A stretch of DNA of 64,000 nt. Source: an uncultured Flavobacteriales bacterium (GTDB taxonomy: Bacteria > Bacteroidota > Bacteroidia > Flavobacteriales_D > Crocinitomicaceae). Positions within the stretch are counted from its first letter, which is position 1. Each line of letters begins with the position of its first letter. Below are positions 28,876-38,356 of the stretch, piece after piece. The stretch covers positions 6,771 to 70,770 of the forward strand of contig CAXBNN010000009.1 in assembly GCA_963977135.1 (NCBI GenBank). The letters are read 5' to 3'. The notes beneath the pieces are model-generated. The model saw nothing but the letters and a program-made list of their open reading frames with translations, searched no databases and had not been told where the DNA came from. Both the position numbers and the translations under genes were made by a program.

Positions 28876-29636
28876 AGGCTAAAAATACGAGTTAATTCTG
28901 TTTTGTCAGGATAATTGACTAGAACACCGCGTTTTTTACTTTGGTAAATAAATAAACTTCCAGCCGCCATGGCATTCGCATTTCCGTCAAAATAAGCGGA
29001 TTTCAAATCATTAATTGTTCCTGCTCCACCCAAGGCAACAACTGGAATAGTAACTGAATTTGAAATTTCGGCTGTTAAATTCAAATCATAACCTTCCATT
29101 TTACCGTCCATATCTATAGATTGAATGATAATCTCACCAGCGCCTTTTTGCGCCATTAGTTTGGCAAATTCAACAGCTGAGTATGAATGAGACTTAGTAC
29201 CGTTTAGCGTATATGTTTTTTGTTTTCCAAAAAGATTTTTTTTCACATCTATACAAACAGTTATGGTTGAAGACCCGAAATTCTCGACAGCTATTCTTAT
29301 AAAATCAGGATTTTCAAAAGCTACAGTTGAAAGAACAACTTTTTCGGCTCCTGCAGCAATTAATTTTTGAATGTCGTCAATAGTTCTAATTCCACCACCA
29401 ACGCCGAAAGGCATATTTGTTTCTTCAGCAAGTTTTTTAACGAAGTCTATAGAAATTAATCGTTTTTCTTTTGAAGCTTGCGTATCCAAGAATATCAGTT
29501 CATCGGCTTTTAAATCGTTGAATATTTTTACAGCATTTATTGGGTCGCCTATGTACTTATGGTTTTTGAACTGAATCGACTTTACCAAAGCTTTATTTTT
29601 GATAAGTAAAACAGGAATGATTCTCGGTCGAAACAT
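28872..29636 (-). CDS. hisF: HisF-like cyclase subunit (AglZ/HisF2-type acetamidino modification protein)
   Basis: 254 aa. RIIPVLLIKNKALVKS...FGVGGGIRT...ALGGAGT is a HisF-fold pattern. No other his genes are nearby. Confidence 0.8.
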   Translation of the reverse strand: MFRPRIIPVLLIKNKALVKSIQFKNHKYIGDPINAVKIFNDLKADELIFLDTQASKEKRLISIDFVKKLAEETNMPFGVGGGIRTIDDIQKLIAAGAEKVVLSTVAFENPDFIRIAVENFGSSTITVCIDVKKNLFGKQKTYTLNGTKSHSYSAVEFAKLMAQKGAGEIIIQSIDMDGKMEGYDLNLTAEISNSVTIPVVALGGAGTINDLKSAYFDGNANAMAAGSLFIYQSKKRGVLVNYPDKTELTRIFSL

Positions 29637-29638
29637 AT

Positions 29639-30259
29639 TTACAGGTCTATGAAGTTTTGAAAAACTTGATCGCCGACATCATGACTTTTTTCAGGATGAT
29701 ATTGTAAACCAAATATATTTTCCTTCTGAAAACCCGAGACGAATAAGTGTGAGTAATCAGTAATGTTGATAGCGAATTTCTCATCTTTTAACTCAACGTG
29801 ATAAGCATGGACAAAGTAAAATTCGGCGTCATCTGAAACATTTTTCATTAATGCAGAATTGTTTTTTAATTGCACCGAATTCCAGCCCATGTGAGGGACT
29901 TTGAATTTTTGTTTATCAGAAACATCAAATCGTTTTACTTTCCCAGCTATCCAAGAAAGACCTTCAACATTTCCTTCTTCGCTCCATTCACACATCAATT
30001 GCATGCCTAAACAAATACCGAGAACTGGAATTTTTTTCTCAAGAACTAGTTCATTTAAAATGGGAAGTAAATTGAGCTGGTTTAAATTTTCCATTGCCTT
30101 ATTGAAATGGCCAACTCCTGGAAGTATAAGTTTGTCTGCTGTTCGAATTTCGTCAACATTGGAACTAACTATTGAATTGGCTTTTAAACGATCTAACTTT
30201 CGTTTAACGGAGTTTAAATTTCCCATTCCATAATCCACGATGACTATTCGTTGCGACAT
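29639..30259 (-). CDS. hisH: HisH-like glutamine amidotransferase subunit
   Basis: IVIVDYGMGNLNSV...LPGVGHF...GICLGMQL...HMGWN...GLQYHPEKS. I prefer ATG at 30259 (MSQRIVIVDYG) over the TTG at 30295 in the ORF track. Confidence 0.85.
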   Translation of the reverse strand: MSQRIVIVDYGMGNLNSVKRKLDRLKANSIVSSNVDEIRTADKLILPGVGHFNKAMENLNQLNLLPILNELVLEKKIPVLGICLGMQLMCEWSEEGNVEGLSWIAGKVKRFDVSDKQKFKVPHMGWNSVQLKNNSALMKNVSDDAEFYFVHAYHVELKDEKFAINITDYSHLFVSGFQKENIFGLQYHPEKSHDVGDQVFQNFIDL

Positions 30260-30313
30260 GTTGCGAAGATAAGGAAAAGGGTTGGTGACTTTCAATTGAA
30301 TTCTTCAAAACTC

Positions 30314-31642
30314 TCAACAAAGCGTTTTTATCAATTCAGCAAACTTTTCAACTTGAATTTTTCTAGAATAATTTTCTGTGTTTTTTGAATGACACTGGAT
30401 TGCACGATTGATCGCAAATTCTTGAGCTAATTCCGCTAGAACTTGCCCCAAATGTGCTGAATTAATAATTGCAACACCTGAATTTGTTAGTTTAATGAGT
30501 TCTTCCTGCAGTTTATTGCTTTGTGATTCAACTGCTTTTAAAGGGAAATAGGTTGATTTTAATTCCTCAGCTTTTTTGTCAGCAGTAAAGCAAAGTAAAA
30601 TTTTACGCTTTAACCCCATGTAATCGAATATTTTAGTGCCCAATATCGAAAAGTGATTAAACAATAAAAGGACATTGCAAGCGGCTAATTTCTCAAGTAA
30701 TTCAGGATTTGGGATCCTTGGAAAGATAAAAGTAGAATCTAATAATTCAGGGTATTTAGAGACGATTTTATCTTTTAATTCATCCTCAATATTTACTCCG
30801 TAAAAGTGAAGTTCAATTAGTTGATTTGGGTTAGTTTTTATGAATGATACCATCGTTTCCAAGAAACTATCAATAGGGTTCCAGAAGAAAATGGAACCAG
30901 CAAAACCAATACGCAGCACATCGGAATTTTGCTTAATCTCTTTCACTTTAGCCATGGCTTCTGAATCGTAGCCATTTGGAATGATTCGGATGTTTTTTTG
31001 AAGAGTAAGATCTTCGATTTTTACTTTCAATAAATCGGATACTGTCACAACCGCATTTGCAGAACTTACTATTCTTTTTTCCCAAAAACGATTCCATTTT
31101 TTCTCAAAGAAAGTGCCGTTATTTTCATAGTCATGAGACCAAGGGTCACGATAATCGGCTATCCATGGAGTTTGGTACTTTGAGCTTAGCTGTTTAGCAT
31201 ATTTGAATAAAACAAATGGATCGCCAGTGGCAATTATACAATCAACTTTATTTTTAGAAAGGTATTCGTTCGCTGCTTGATAGAGTCCTCTTTTTGTTCC
31301 AATTGGTAAAATGAATTGAAAAATTTCAAAATACGCAGTTAGTATTTTGCGAATCAATCGAAATCTGTTTTCACCATATTTTAAAAGAAGTCTATTGGAT
31401 AAGTTGGGTTGATAAGCTGATTTAATAATCGTTCCTTCGGGTAAATTTTCTATCAAAGTTGAATTCGACTCACCTTTGTCTACATAATCCAAAAAGTTGC
31501 CGTGTTTGTTACTCCATTGACGAGTAATAACAATAGGTTCCAAGTCCTGACTCTTAAAATGATCCAACCAAGCTTTTGGTCGAAGTCCACCTACTGAAAC
31601 GTAAGGAGGAAAGTCATAGGCTAGAATTAGGACTTTCTTCAT
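30314..31642 (-). CDS. glycosyltransferase (GT4-like)
   Basis: 442 aa. N-terminal KVLILAYDFPPYVSVGGLR pattern. Operon context. Confidence 0.6.
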   Translation of the reverse strand: MKKVLILAYDFPPYVSVGGLRPKAWLDHFKSQDLEPIVITRQWSNKHGNFLDYVDKGESNSTLIENLPEGTIIKSAYQPNLSNRLLLKYGENRFRLIRKILTAYFEIFQFILPIGTKRGLYQAANEYLSKNKVDCIIATGDPFVLFKYAKQLSSKYQTPWIADYRDPWSHDYENNGTFFEKKWNRFWEKRIVSSANAVVTVSDLLKVKIEDLTLQKNIRIIPNGYDSEAMAKVKEIKQNSDVLRIGFAGSIFFWNPIDSFLETMVSFIKTNPNQLIELHFYGVNIEDELKDKIVSKYPELLDSTFIFPRIPNPELLEKLAACNVLLLFNHFSILGTKIFDYMGLKRKILLCFTADKKAEELKSTYFPLKAVESQSNKLQEELIKLTNSGVAIINSAHLGQVLAELAQEFAINRAIQCHSKNTENYSRKIQVEKFAELIKTLC

Positions 31643-32907
31643 GATTCTTTGCCTTTTAAAAGATGAGCAAACTCCTTATAATTAGCCGAAGCATTGAATT
31701 TATTTTCCCATTGTTTCAATGCCATTTTTTTCATTTCTAGTTTAGCATCAATCGACAAGGAAAAGTATTTTTCTAAAGTATTTTTCACTTCTTCTGCATC
31801 AGGTTTTTCTGATAATAGAATTCCACAGTCAGGACTAATTAATTCTAGAATTCCACCAATATTTGGTCCAACAACAGGAATTCCTACTGATAGAGCTTCC
31901 ATCATAGAAACAGGAATTCCTTCAGAAGCACTAGTGTTTATGAGTAAATCAATTTCTTCCGTTTCTAGAAACTGCTTAATTTCAGCGTTTGGAATGGTTC
32001 CTTTAAAAGTTACCGTATTTTCAAAATCTGCTATACTAGCTTTCGCTACTTGATGAATTTTTTGAGCGTACAAATCTTCTCCATCGCCAATATGTGTCCA
32101 ATGGAATGGGACTTCCAATTTCGCTAAAGCCTCGATTAATAATTCGATATTTTTTACTGGGCTGAGAAATGCAATTGAGAGAATATTGAGCTTTTCATTC
32201 TCACCCATTTTATCATTAAATTTCAAGGATGAGGTTCCCAATCTTGCTACTTTAATATTAGATTGATCTGAAATTTTGAAATTCTCTAAAATGTAATTTT
32301 TAGCATTTTCAGATATTGGAAAAAACCCATTAAGTTTTAATATAATCCGTTTGCGATAGGGCAAAAATGGCGGATTGTGTCTTTCCTCATAAACATCCCA
32401 ACCATGAGCTCTTGAGTAGATTTTATATTTTTCAGATGTACTTTTCAACTTCGTTAATCCTAAGGTAAATTCATTCAACCAATAAGAATAAAGAATAATA
32501 TTCTCGGGTTGAATGCCTCTTTTTGTTAGAAAACTCGTTAAGCTTTTTTCGAAAAGACTCGATCGACTTTCATAATAAAGAACACTTTTTAAAGCCTGTA
32601 TTTTATCAGCAAGTTTGAAATTAGGTTTTCTTGATTTTAACTCAGAAAATAGTTCAAAAGGCTTCAGCTTAAAAACGGAAGAAGTTTTTTCTGACAAAGA
32701 AACGGATGTTTCTAACTCAACTAACTCAACATTTTCCGGAACTTGAAAGTAAATTTTCTTGTCTTGAAGCAAATGAGTATCGGTCAGAAAGACAATTATT
32801 TTTGTAAAATGTTGACTTAAAACCAATAATTCTTCATGAAAAAAAGATTCGGATAAGGCATACGGATAATGCACGCCTACAATGCCAAGAATCTTTTGAT
32901 TTTCCAT
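31639..32907 (-). CDS. GT4-family glycosyltransferase
   Basis: 422 aa. SEGIPVSMMEALSVGIPVVG motif. Confidence 0.75.
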   Translation of the reverse strand: MENQKILGIVGVHYPYALSESFFHEELLVLSQHFTKIIVFLTDTHLLQDKKIYFQVPENVELVELETSVSLSEKTSSVFKLKPFELFSELKSRKPNFKLADKIQALKSVLYYESRSSLFEKSLTSFLTKRGIQPENIILYSYWLNEFTLGLTKLKSTSEKYKIYSRAHGWDVYEERHNPPFLPYRKRIILKLNGFFPISENAKNYILENFKISDQSNIKVARLGTSSLKFNDKMGENEKLNILSIAFLSPVKNIELLIEALAKLEVPFHWTHIGDGEDLYAQKIHQVAKASIADFENTVTFKGTIPNAEIKQFLETEEIDLLINTSASEGIPVSMMEALSVGIPVVGPNIGGILELISPDCGILLSEKPDAEEVKNTLEKYFSLSIDAKLEMKKMALKQWENKFNASANYKEFAHLLKGKES

Positions 32908-32962
32908 TTGTTTTTTACTTCTGCTAAATATAGCAACGAATTATAGAACCGTTTTTACTAAT

Positions 32963-34063
32963 CTAGTTTTTCAAAGGGCTAAATTTCAATTTCAGTTTCA
33001 AAAAGTAACTTTCGAAATAGCGGTAAGAAAGAATACTTACCAATAAACTTAGACCAAGGGAGACGATAGGTTTAATAAGTAAAACTGAAAGTTGACTTTC
33101 AGGTAAATGAATTATATCGTCAAAAACTGTGTGGGTTATAAAATTGCAAATGACATGAAATAAATACAAACCGTAGGTGTACTTCCCAAGCCTTTCAAAA
33201 AATGGAATCTTTTTGAATTGAAATCGTTTGTTTTGAACTTGAAAAGCGATAATATATCCTATCAGTAACGCTATTAACGCAACGCTTAGATAGGAACCAA
33301 TTCCATTAATCGATGCGTAAATGCTTCCAAAAAGCAAGAATAAAACTCCAATAAATAAACCAGTAGAGATGTTAGTCAGTTTTTCAATTCGGTTTTTGTG
33401 ATAATAAACCAAATAACCAAACAACGCACCTGAAGAAAGATAAATCATACAATGAACCGTATTCTTGGCCACTAAATCAAAAGAATAGGAGATTAGCACG
33501 GAAGAAATTAGTGTAATGAGTACAGCTAAACCAAATCTTTTCTTTGGAAAGAGTAAAAGGATCAGTGGCCAGAAAAGATAAAACTGCTCTTCCACGCTAA
33601 CACTCCAAGTTGGTCCTAATCCAACTCCAAATGGTAACGTTTCTTGTGCCAATTGATCGAAATTGCTTAGAAAAAGTGCATACATAATAGGGTTGGCTGT
33701 TTCCCCAGTAGGTAGATGAAGAACATACAATCGTATGATTGGAAAAACAACAAATCCGAATATCAGTACGACAAAGTAGATAGGCCAAATGCGCAATACT
33801 CTGCGTAAATAAAAATGTTTTAAATTGAAATAATTTTTCTCCTGTTGTTCTTTCAACATGAGAAAGGTGATTAAAAACCCACTTAGTACAAAGAAAATAG
33901 GCACCCCGAAACTGAAAAAATGAGAAAAGCTGATTGCAAATTTGAAGGCAGATGAATCCGCAATTATATCTGATTGAGTATAAAATGCATGAGCACAGAA
34001 AGTGGATAAAAAGGCAATTGTCCTAATACTATCAAGGTTTTGAAATCTGAATTTTTCGCCCAT
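32963..34063 (-). CDS. acyltransferase family 3 (O-acyl/acetyltransferase), integral membrane
   Basis: 366 aa, about 10 TM segments. LDSIRTIAFLSTF...RRVLRIWPIYF...WSVSVEEQFYLFWPL. Confidence 0.8.
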   Translation of the reverse strand: MGEKFRFQNLDSIRTIAFLSTFCAHAFYTQSDIIADSSAFKFAISFSHFFSFGVPIFFVLSGFLITFLMLKEQQEKNYFNLKHFYLRRVLRIWPIYFVVLIFGFVVFPIIRLYVLHLPTGETANPIMYALFLSNFDQLAQETLPFGVGLGPTWSVSVEEQFYLFWPLILLLFPKKRFGLAVLITLISSVLISYSFDLVAKNTVHCMIYLSSGALFGYLVYYHKNRIEKLTNISTGLFIGVLFLLFGSIYASINGIGSYLSVALIALLIGYIIAFQVQNKRFQFKKIPFFERLGKYTYGLYLFHVICNFITHTVFDDIIHLPESQLSVLLIKPIVSLGLSLLVSILSYRYFESYFLKLKLKFSPLKN

Positions 34064-34068
34064 AATTT

Positions 34069-35214
34069 CTATTTGGAAATAATTGATTGATAGAATGAGA
34101 TCAATTCATCTGTTTTTGGTCCTATCGCAAATTTAGAAGCAAATTGCTGAGCATTCTGAGAAAGACGTTTGTATAAAACTGAATCTTCCTTCAATTTCAT
34201 GATTTTTCCCACGAATAAATCAGGGTTTTGCTCGTCGAAAATATATCCATTCTCATCGTGTTGAATAACATCAGAATTGCCTTTTCCATTCAAAATAATG
34301 CATGGTAAACCTGAAGCCATTGCTTCTAATAGCACTAATCCAAAAGGTTCGTAATAAGCTGAATGTAGATAAATATGAGATTCATTTAACCATTCTTCAA
34401 CATTGTCGACATTGCCTCTCAGGAAAATGCAATCCTCTAATTTTGCATCAGTTATAAGTGATTGAATTTTTGCCATTTCAACGCCAACACCAAGCAAGTT
34501 CATTTCAAAGTCAACCTTTTCTTCACGTAATCTCTTGGCAATTTCAATTAGAAGCTGTTGATTTTTATATATGGCAAATCGACCCACATTAATCAATTTA
34601 ATTTTCCCTTGAGGAATTTCAGTTGCACGGTTTGCATTTAAGAAACGGTTTAAATCAAATCCGTATTCTATCAATTTCACATTCCTTTTTAGAAATGACG
34701 GTACGTTTTTTTGATAATAGGCCAAAGTATCTTTTGAATTGGCAATGAAATGACAATTCTTGTTCTTTCGATATTTGTTTTTGACAATTAAGTTCTTCTC
34801 AAAAAAATTGGTCAAAAGGGATTTTTGAGCGAATGTTTTCAATCCAAAGTTTAAAAATTCCTTCATATTATCATGACCGTGCGTAACGAACGCCACATTT
34901 TCGGGAACATATAAACTTGAATACAATTCAGAGCGAAACAAGTGGGTGTGAATGATGTCAGGCTGAAAATCGTCAACTATTTGTTTGTATTTTGAAAAAT
35001 CAAAGTTGTTCTTCTTGCGAATGGATGGAATATACGGCCCATCCAATTCAACGTAAGGAATATCGTTGGTAAGATAGCCGAAATCATTTCCGGGTTGAAG
35101 AATAATTAGTTTATAAACGATATGATTTCGTCTGTTGAATTCACGACACAAATCAATAACGTAGCGCTCGGCACCACCTTTTTCCAAAGACTTTAAAATG
35201 TGTAAAATCCTCAT
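34069..35214 (-). CDS. GT4-family glycosyltransferase
   Basis: 381 aa. GGAERYVIDL and EPFGLVLLEAMASGLPCI. Confidence 0.8.
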   Translation of the reverse strand: MRILHILKSLEKGGAERYVIDLCREFNRRNHIVYKLIILQPGNDFGYLTNDIPYVELDGPYIPSIRKKNNFDFSKYKQIVDDFQPDIIHTHLFRSELYSSLYVPENVAFVTHGHDNMKEFLNFGLKTFAQKSLLTNFFEKNLIVKNKYRKNKNCHFIANSKDTLAYYQKNVPSFLKRNVKLIEYGFDLNRFLNANRATEIPQGKIKLINVGRFAIYKNQQLLIEIAKRLREEKVDFEMNLLGVGVEMAKIQSLITDAKLEDCIFLRGNVDNVEEWLNESHIYLHSAYYEPFGLVLLEAMASGLPCIILNGKGNSDVIQHDENGYIFDEQNPDLFVGKIMKLKEDSVLYKRLSQNAQQFASKFAIGPKTDELISFYQSIISK

Positions 35215-36194
35215 TTGCTCTTTCTTCTCAACTTTTGAATTCTTGGTCGAACTCGATACATAATTTGTACAAAGGCAAAGTTAAGAGGATGGATTGTTTT
35301 TCGCCATTTATCTGCAATTTGCTTGAATTCTTTGTGCTTAGTTAATTGATAAAGTGCGTCGAGCTGCGGAATATGTACATTTTTTTGATAATAATATTTC
35401 ACTAATTCTTTGTAATGCAAATCGTAGATAGACCAATAACCAAGGTCATAACGTTGAATGTTGTTTTTCAGAGTTTCAAAATACTTCTCTAAGTCGTTTT
35501 GAACTTCTTTTTTACCCGTTACACGAGAGTAATCAACTAATCCAAAGATTGCGTAAACGAAGCCATTTAAAACATAAGAAGATGGAGTAGAAGGGTATTC
35601 TTCAAGCCACCAATCACCTTTTTCATCAATCACTTTTACTCCGTTATTCTGAACACTGACTTTTGTTGAATTGTAGATTTTATGGCATTTTTCGAGAATT
35701 TCAGATTCATCGGTAATTTGATACATCCTTAGATAAAATGACAAACATTCCCCAAGAGACATTGCTGAAGTCCAATTCGACTTTAGGTTATAACGCTCTG
35801 TATCATAAGATTCTCGCCAGAAAATACAATCGCTTTCTTCTGACTCCATTGAGGAAATTTGCTTCAAACAAGCCTTCATGACTGATAGATATTCGTCAGA
35901 ATTATTCTCAAGCCAAATGTCGTGCAGAATAAATCCATATTGAGCGATATTTACAGCGCTATATTTTGCTTTCTTTCCCCAACCAACCATTGGAACTCCA
36001 AAATCATCAAAATCACCGAAAATTCCTGCATCATATTGCTGGAATGCTTCGCGCATATCTAGATAATATGATCCTAATTTTTTGCTGTCACCAAATGAAT
36101 TGCACGAAATCGTTATATGGTCGAATTCCTTTGTTTCAGTATGAATTTTATCCTTGCTGAAACGCGATTTTGGGAGTATTACTGGATAAATCAT
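35211..36194 (-). CDS. D-glucuronyl C5-epimerase C-terminal-domain-like protein
   Basis: 327 aa. WTSAMSLGECLSFYLRMYQITDE...WWLEEYPSTPSSYVLNGFVYAIFGLVDY resembles the conserved (alpha/alpha) core of heparosan glucuronyl C5-epimerases (LNGfiyal.GLyDy). Confidence 0.55.
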   Translation of the reverse strand: MIYPVILPKSRFSKDKIHTETKEFDHITISCNSFGDSKKLGSYYLDMREAFQQYDAGIFGDFDDFGVPMVGWGKKAKYSAVNIAQYGFILHDIWLENNSDEYLSVMKACLKQISSMESEESDCIFWRESYDTERYNLKSNWTSAMSLGECLSFYLRMYQITDESEILEKCHKIYNSTKVSVQNNGVKVIDEKGDWWLEEYPSTPSSYVLNGFVYAIFGLVDYSRVTGKKEVQNDLEKYFETLKNNIQRYDLGYWSIYDLHYKELVKYYYQKNVHIPQLDALYQLTKHKEFKQIADKWRKTIHPLNFAFVQIMYRVRPRIQKLRRKSK

Positions 36195-37114
36195 ATTAAA
36201 GGATGAATTCCACTTAAATCGATACGTACTCCAGTTTTAAGATCTTTGGCTTGAGCGGAACATATTTTATCTTTTCCCTCCCAAGGTGCCTTAGTGCCGT
36301 CATGTCGCCATTGACTGTTTTTAAAATTCATGAAATGAAGATACATAAAGTTTCTATCGTCGCGGTTATTGGTGATCTCTCCATCAATATAAGTCCAATT
36401 TGATGGTTGTTCGCTATTTACACTTCCGTCCAACCAAGGTTTTGGTAAAAACGGGGTTGTGTATTGCTCAACCATGTGCATTTTTTTCGCTTTTTGTCTT
36501 TTATACCAATTGCTCAAAGAATTGCTTAGATCAATTTTGAATTTATCTCGAATCTTATCTAAGAAGGTTTGTGTATAAGCATTTGTTATTCCATACTCGT
36601 CGATTCCGACAAATTCTGGGTTGTTAAGTGCTTCTTCCCACTGATAGATTCTTTTATAAACCTCCTTGTTTTTTAAATTGTTTCTAAACAGCGCAAAATG
36701 CCCTGAAATACGATCAGCGTGAGTGGAGAACACATCATATGAATTCAATATTTCCGGTGTTAAGAATGCTGAAATATCACCGAGTAATAGATCGATATCC
36801 ATCCAACCGAAAAAATCGTAACCTTCTACTGTTCTGGAATGAATTTTACCGAAAAGTGGTCTCAAATCACAAATTTTGTAAGGATTCTGAATATTTATTG
36901 GTGAGGAAATTTGTCCTTGAGCATGCTTAACGTACTCGTCAAAATTCATCATCTCAAAATGGACATTGGATGCAGAATAAGACTGAGTCTCACAATCTGT
37001 AAAGAAATGAAAGTCAATTTTCTCATTTCTTCGCATCGTTTCAAAGAACAAGTGAAACCACTCAGGCCATTTGCCGAAATAGGGGATAAGGAGTATGATT
37101 TTGTTTTTTGTCAT
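36191..37114 (-). CDS. DUF6625-like putative glycosyltransferase
   Basis: 307 aa. ILLIPYFGKWPEWFHLFFETMRRN...FFTD and YDFFGWMDIDLLLGD (DxD-like), as seen in capsule and O-antigen loci. Confidence 0.45.
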   Translation of the reverse strand: MTKNKIILLIPYFGKWPEWFHLFFETMRRNEKIDFHFFTDCETQSYSASNVHFEMMNFDEYVKHAQGQISSPINIQNPYKICDLRPLFGKIHSRTVEGYDFFGWMDIDLLLGDISAFLTPEILNSYDVFSTHADRISGHFALFRNNLKNKEVYKRIYQWEEALNNPEFVGIDEYGITNAYTQTFLDKIRDKFKIDLSNSLSNWYKRQKAKKMHMVEQYTTPFLPKPWLDGSVNSEQPSNWTYIDGEITNNRDDRNFMYLHFMNFKNSQWRHDGTKAPWEGKDKICSAQAKDLKTGVRIDLSGIHPLI

Positions 37115-37129
37115 TTAACAAAGCGGATT

Positions 37130-38353
37130 TTAGTCCTTATTTTTTCCGTTTTTGTCAATAGAAAATATAAAATCTTTTTGAACGATTGAGGTAATATTGG
37201 CCGTTTGAATTTCGTAAATATTTCCTGAATCGACTTCAATTGTTATGTCTTCTTCAGTGTAATCTTGTTCGATTCCATTACCTGACAACCATACACCAAC
37301 TTTGTATACGCCAGCCGACAACCCAAGTTTATCCAATTCAAATTGATATGTATTGCTGGCTTGATATTCTATTGTTTCATTATAACAATAAGTGCTTAGC
37401 TGAAAAACCGTATTATTTAATTCATCAAAAACGAATACGGATAAGTCAATTTTTCCATTAAATTCTTCAGTTTTTCCAAGGCTGATATTTACTTTAAAAT
37501 CAGACGACGGCAAATAATTGATGTGATTAAATTCAATCGATTCGACATAAATCTGTTTTATTCCTCGTTTTCTTGAGCTATAATCGGAAGTGTCAAATTT
37601 CAATTTTTGTTGAGAAGCAATAGAATTATATCGGGAAATTGCGTCTTGAATTGATCCTTCAAACGTAACTTGTCCCTTGTCAATCAAAATTGCTCGGGTG
37701 CATAAATTTTTAACTGCAGCCATGTTGTGACTAACGAAGAGTACTGTTCTGCCAGCTTTGGCAACTTCGTCCATTTTCCCAAGGCATTTCTTTTGAAATT
37801 CAGCATCGCCAACGGCTAAGACTTCATCGATGATTAATATTTCTGGTTCAAGATGTGCTGCCACAGCAAATGCTAGTCTTACATACATTCCTGAAGAGTA
37901 ATGCTTTACAGCCGTGTCAATAAATTTTTCAATTCCAGAAAACACTACGATTTCGTCAAATTTTAATTTCACTTCTTTGCGACTCATTCCTAGAATAGTC
38001 CCGTTCAGAAATATATTTTCTCGGCCTGTTAATTCGGGATGAAAACCGGTCCCTACTTCAAGTAAAGATGCAACCCTGCCGCGAATTTCTATTTGTCCTT
38101 GACTTGGTTTGGTAATTTGAGATACTAGTTTTAATAAGGTGCTTTTACCTGCTCCGTTTTTCCCAATTATACCAACAACTTCACCTTTTTTCACCTCAAA
38201 ATTTACATTTTTCAATGCCCAAAAGTCTTCGCCCTTATTTGCAGCACTTTTAAAAACATTTGCCAGGGAAGAGCGAAAAGTTCCATCCTTCTGCTTACCG
38301 ATGGTATATTTTTTACCAAGATTAGAAACCTTAAGTGCTAGATTATTGTCCAT
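37130..38353 (-). CDS. polysaccharide ABC exporter ATP-binding protein (Wzt/TagH-like) with C-terminal beta-sandwich extension
   Basis: 407 aa. Walker A GKNGAGKST, signature SSGMYVRLAFA, Walker B ILIIDEVLAVGD. About 150 extra C-terminal residues. Confidence 0.85.
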   Translation of the reverse strand: MDNNLALKVSNLGKKYTIGKQKDGTFRSSLANVFKSAANKGEDFWALKNVNFEVKKGEVVGIIGKNGAGKSTLLKLVSQITKPSQGQIEIRGRVASLLEVGTGFHPELTGRENIFLNGTILGMSRKEVKLKFDEIVVFSGIEKFIDTAVKHYSSGMYVRLAFAVAAHLEPEILIIDEVLAVGDAEFQKKCLGKMDEVAKAGRTVLFVSHNMAAVKNLCTRAILIDKGQVTFEGSIQDAISRYNSIASQQKLKFDTSDYSSRKRGIKQIYVESIEFNHINYLPSSDFKVNISLGKTEEFNGKIDLSVFVFDELNNTVFQLSTYCYNETIEYQASNTYQFELDKLGLSAGVYKVGVWLSGNGIEQDYTEEDITIEVDSGNIYEIQTANITSIVQKDFIFSIDKNGKNKD

Positions 38354-38356
38354 TTC

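Noticed and set aside
28872-30259. Interpreting the hisF/hisH homologues as histidine biosynthesis genes.
   Set aside because: They are embedded in a glycan operon directly after a WbpG-type amidotransferase, with no other his genes nearby. This context is the established acetamidino-modification triad.
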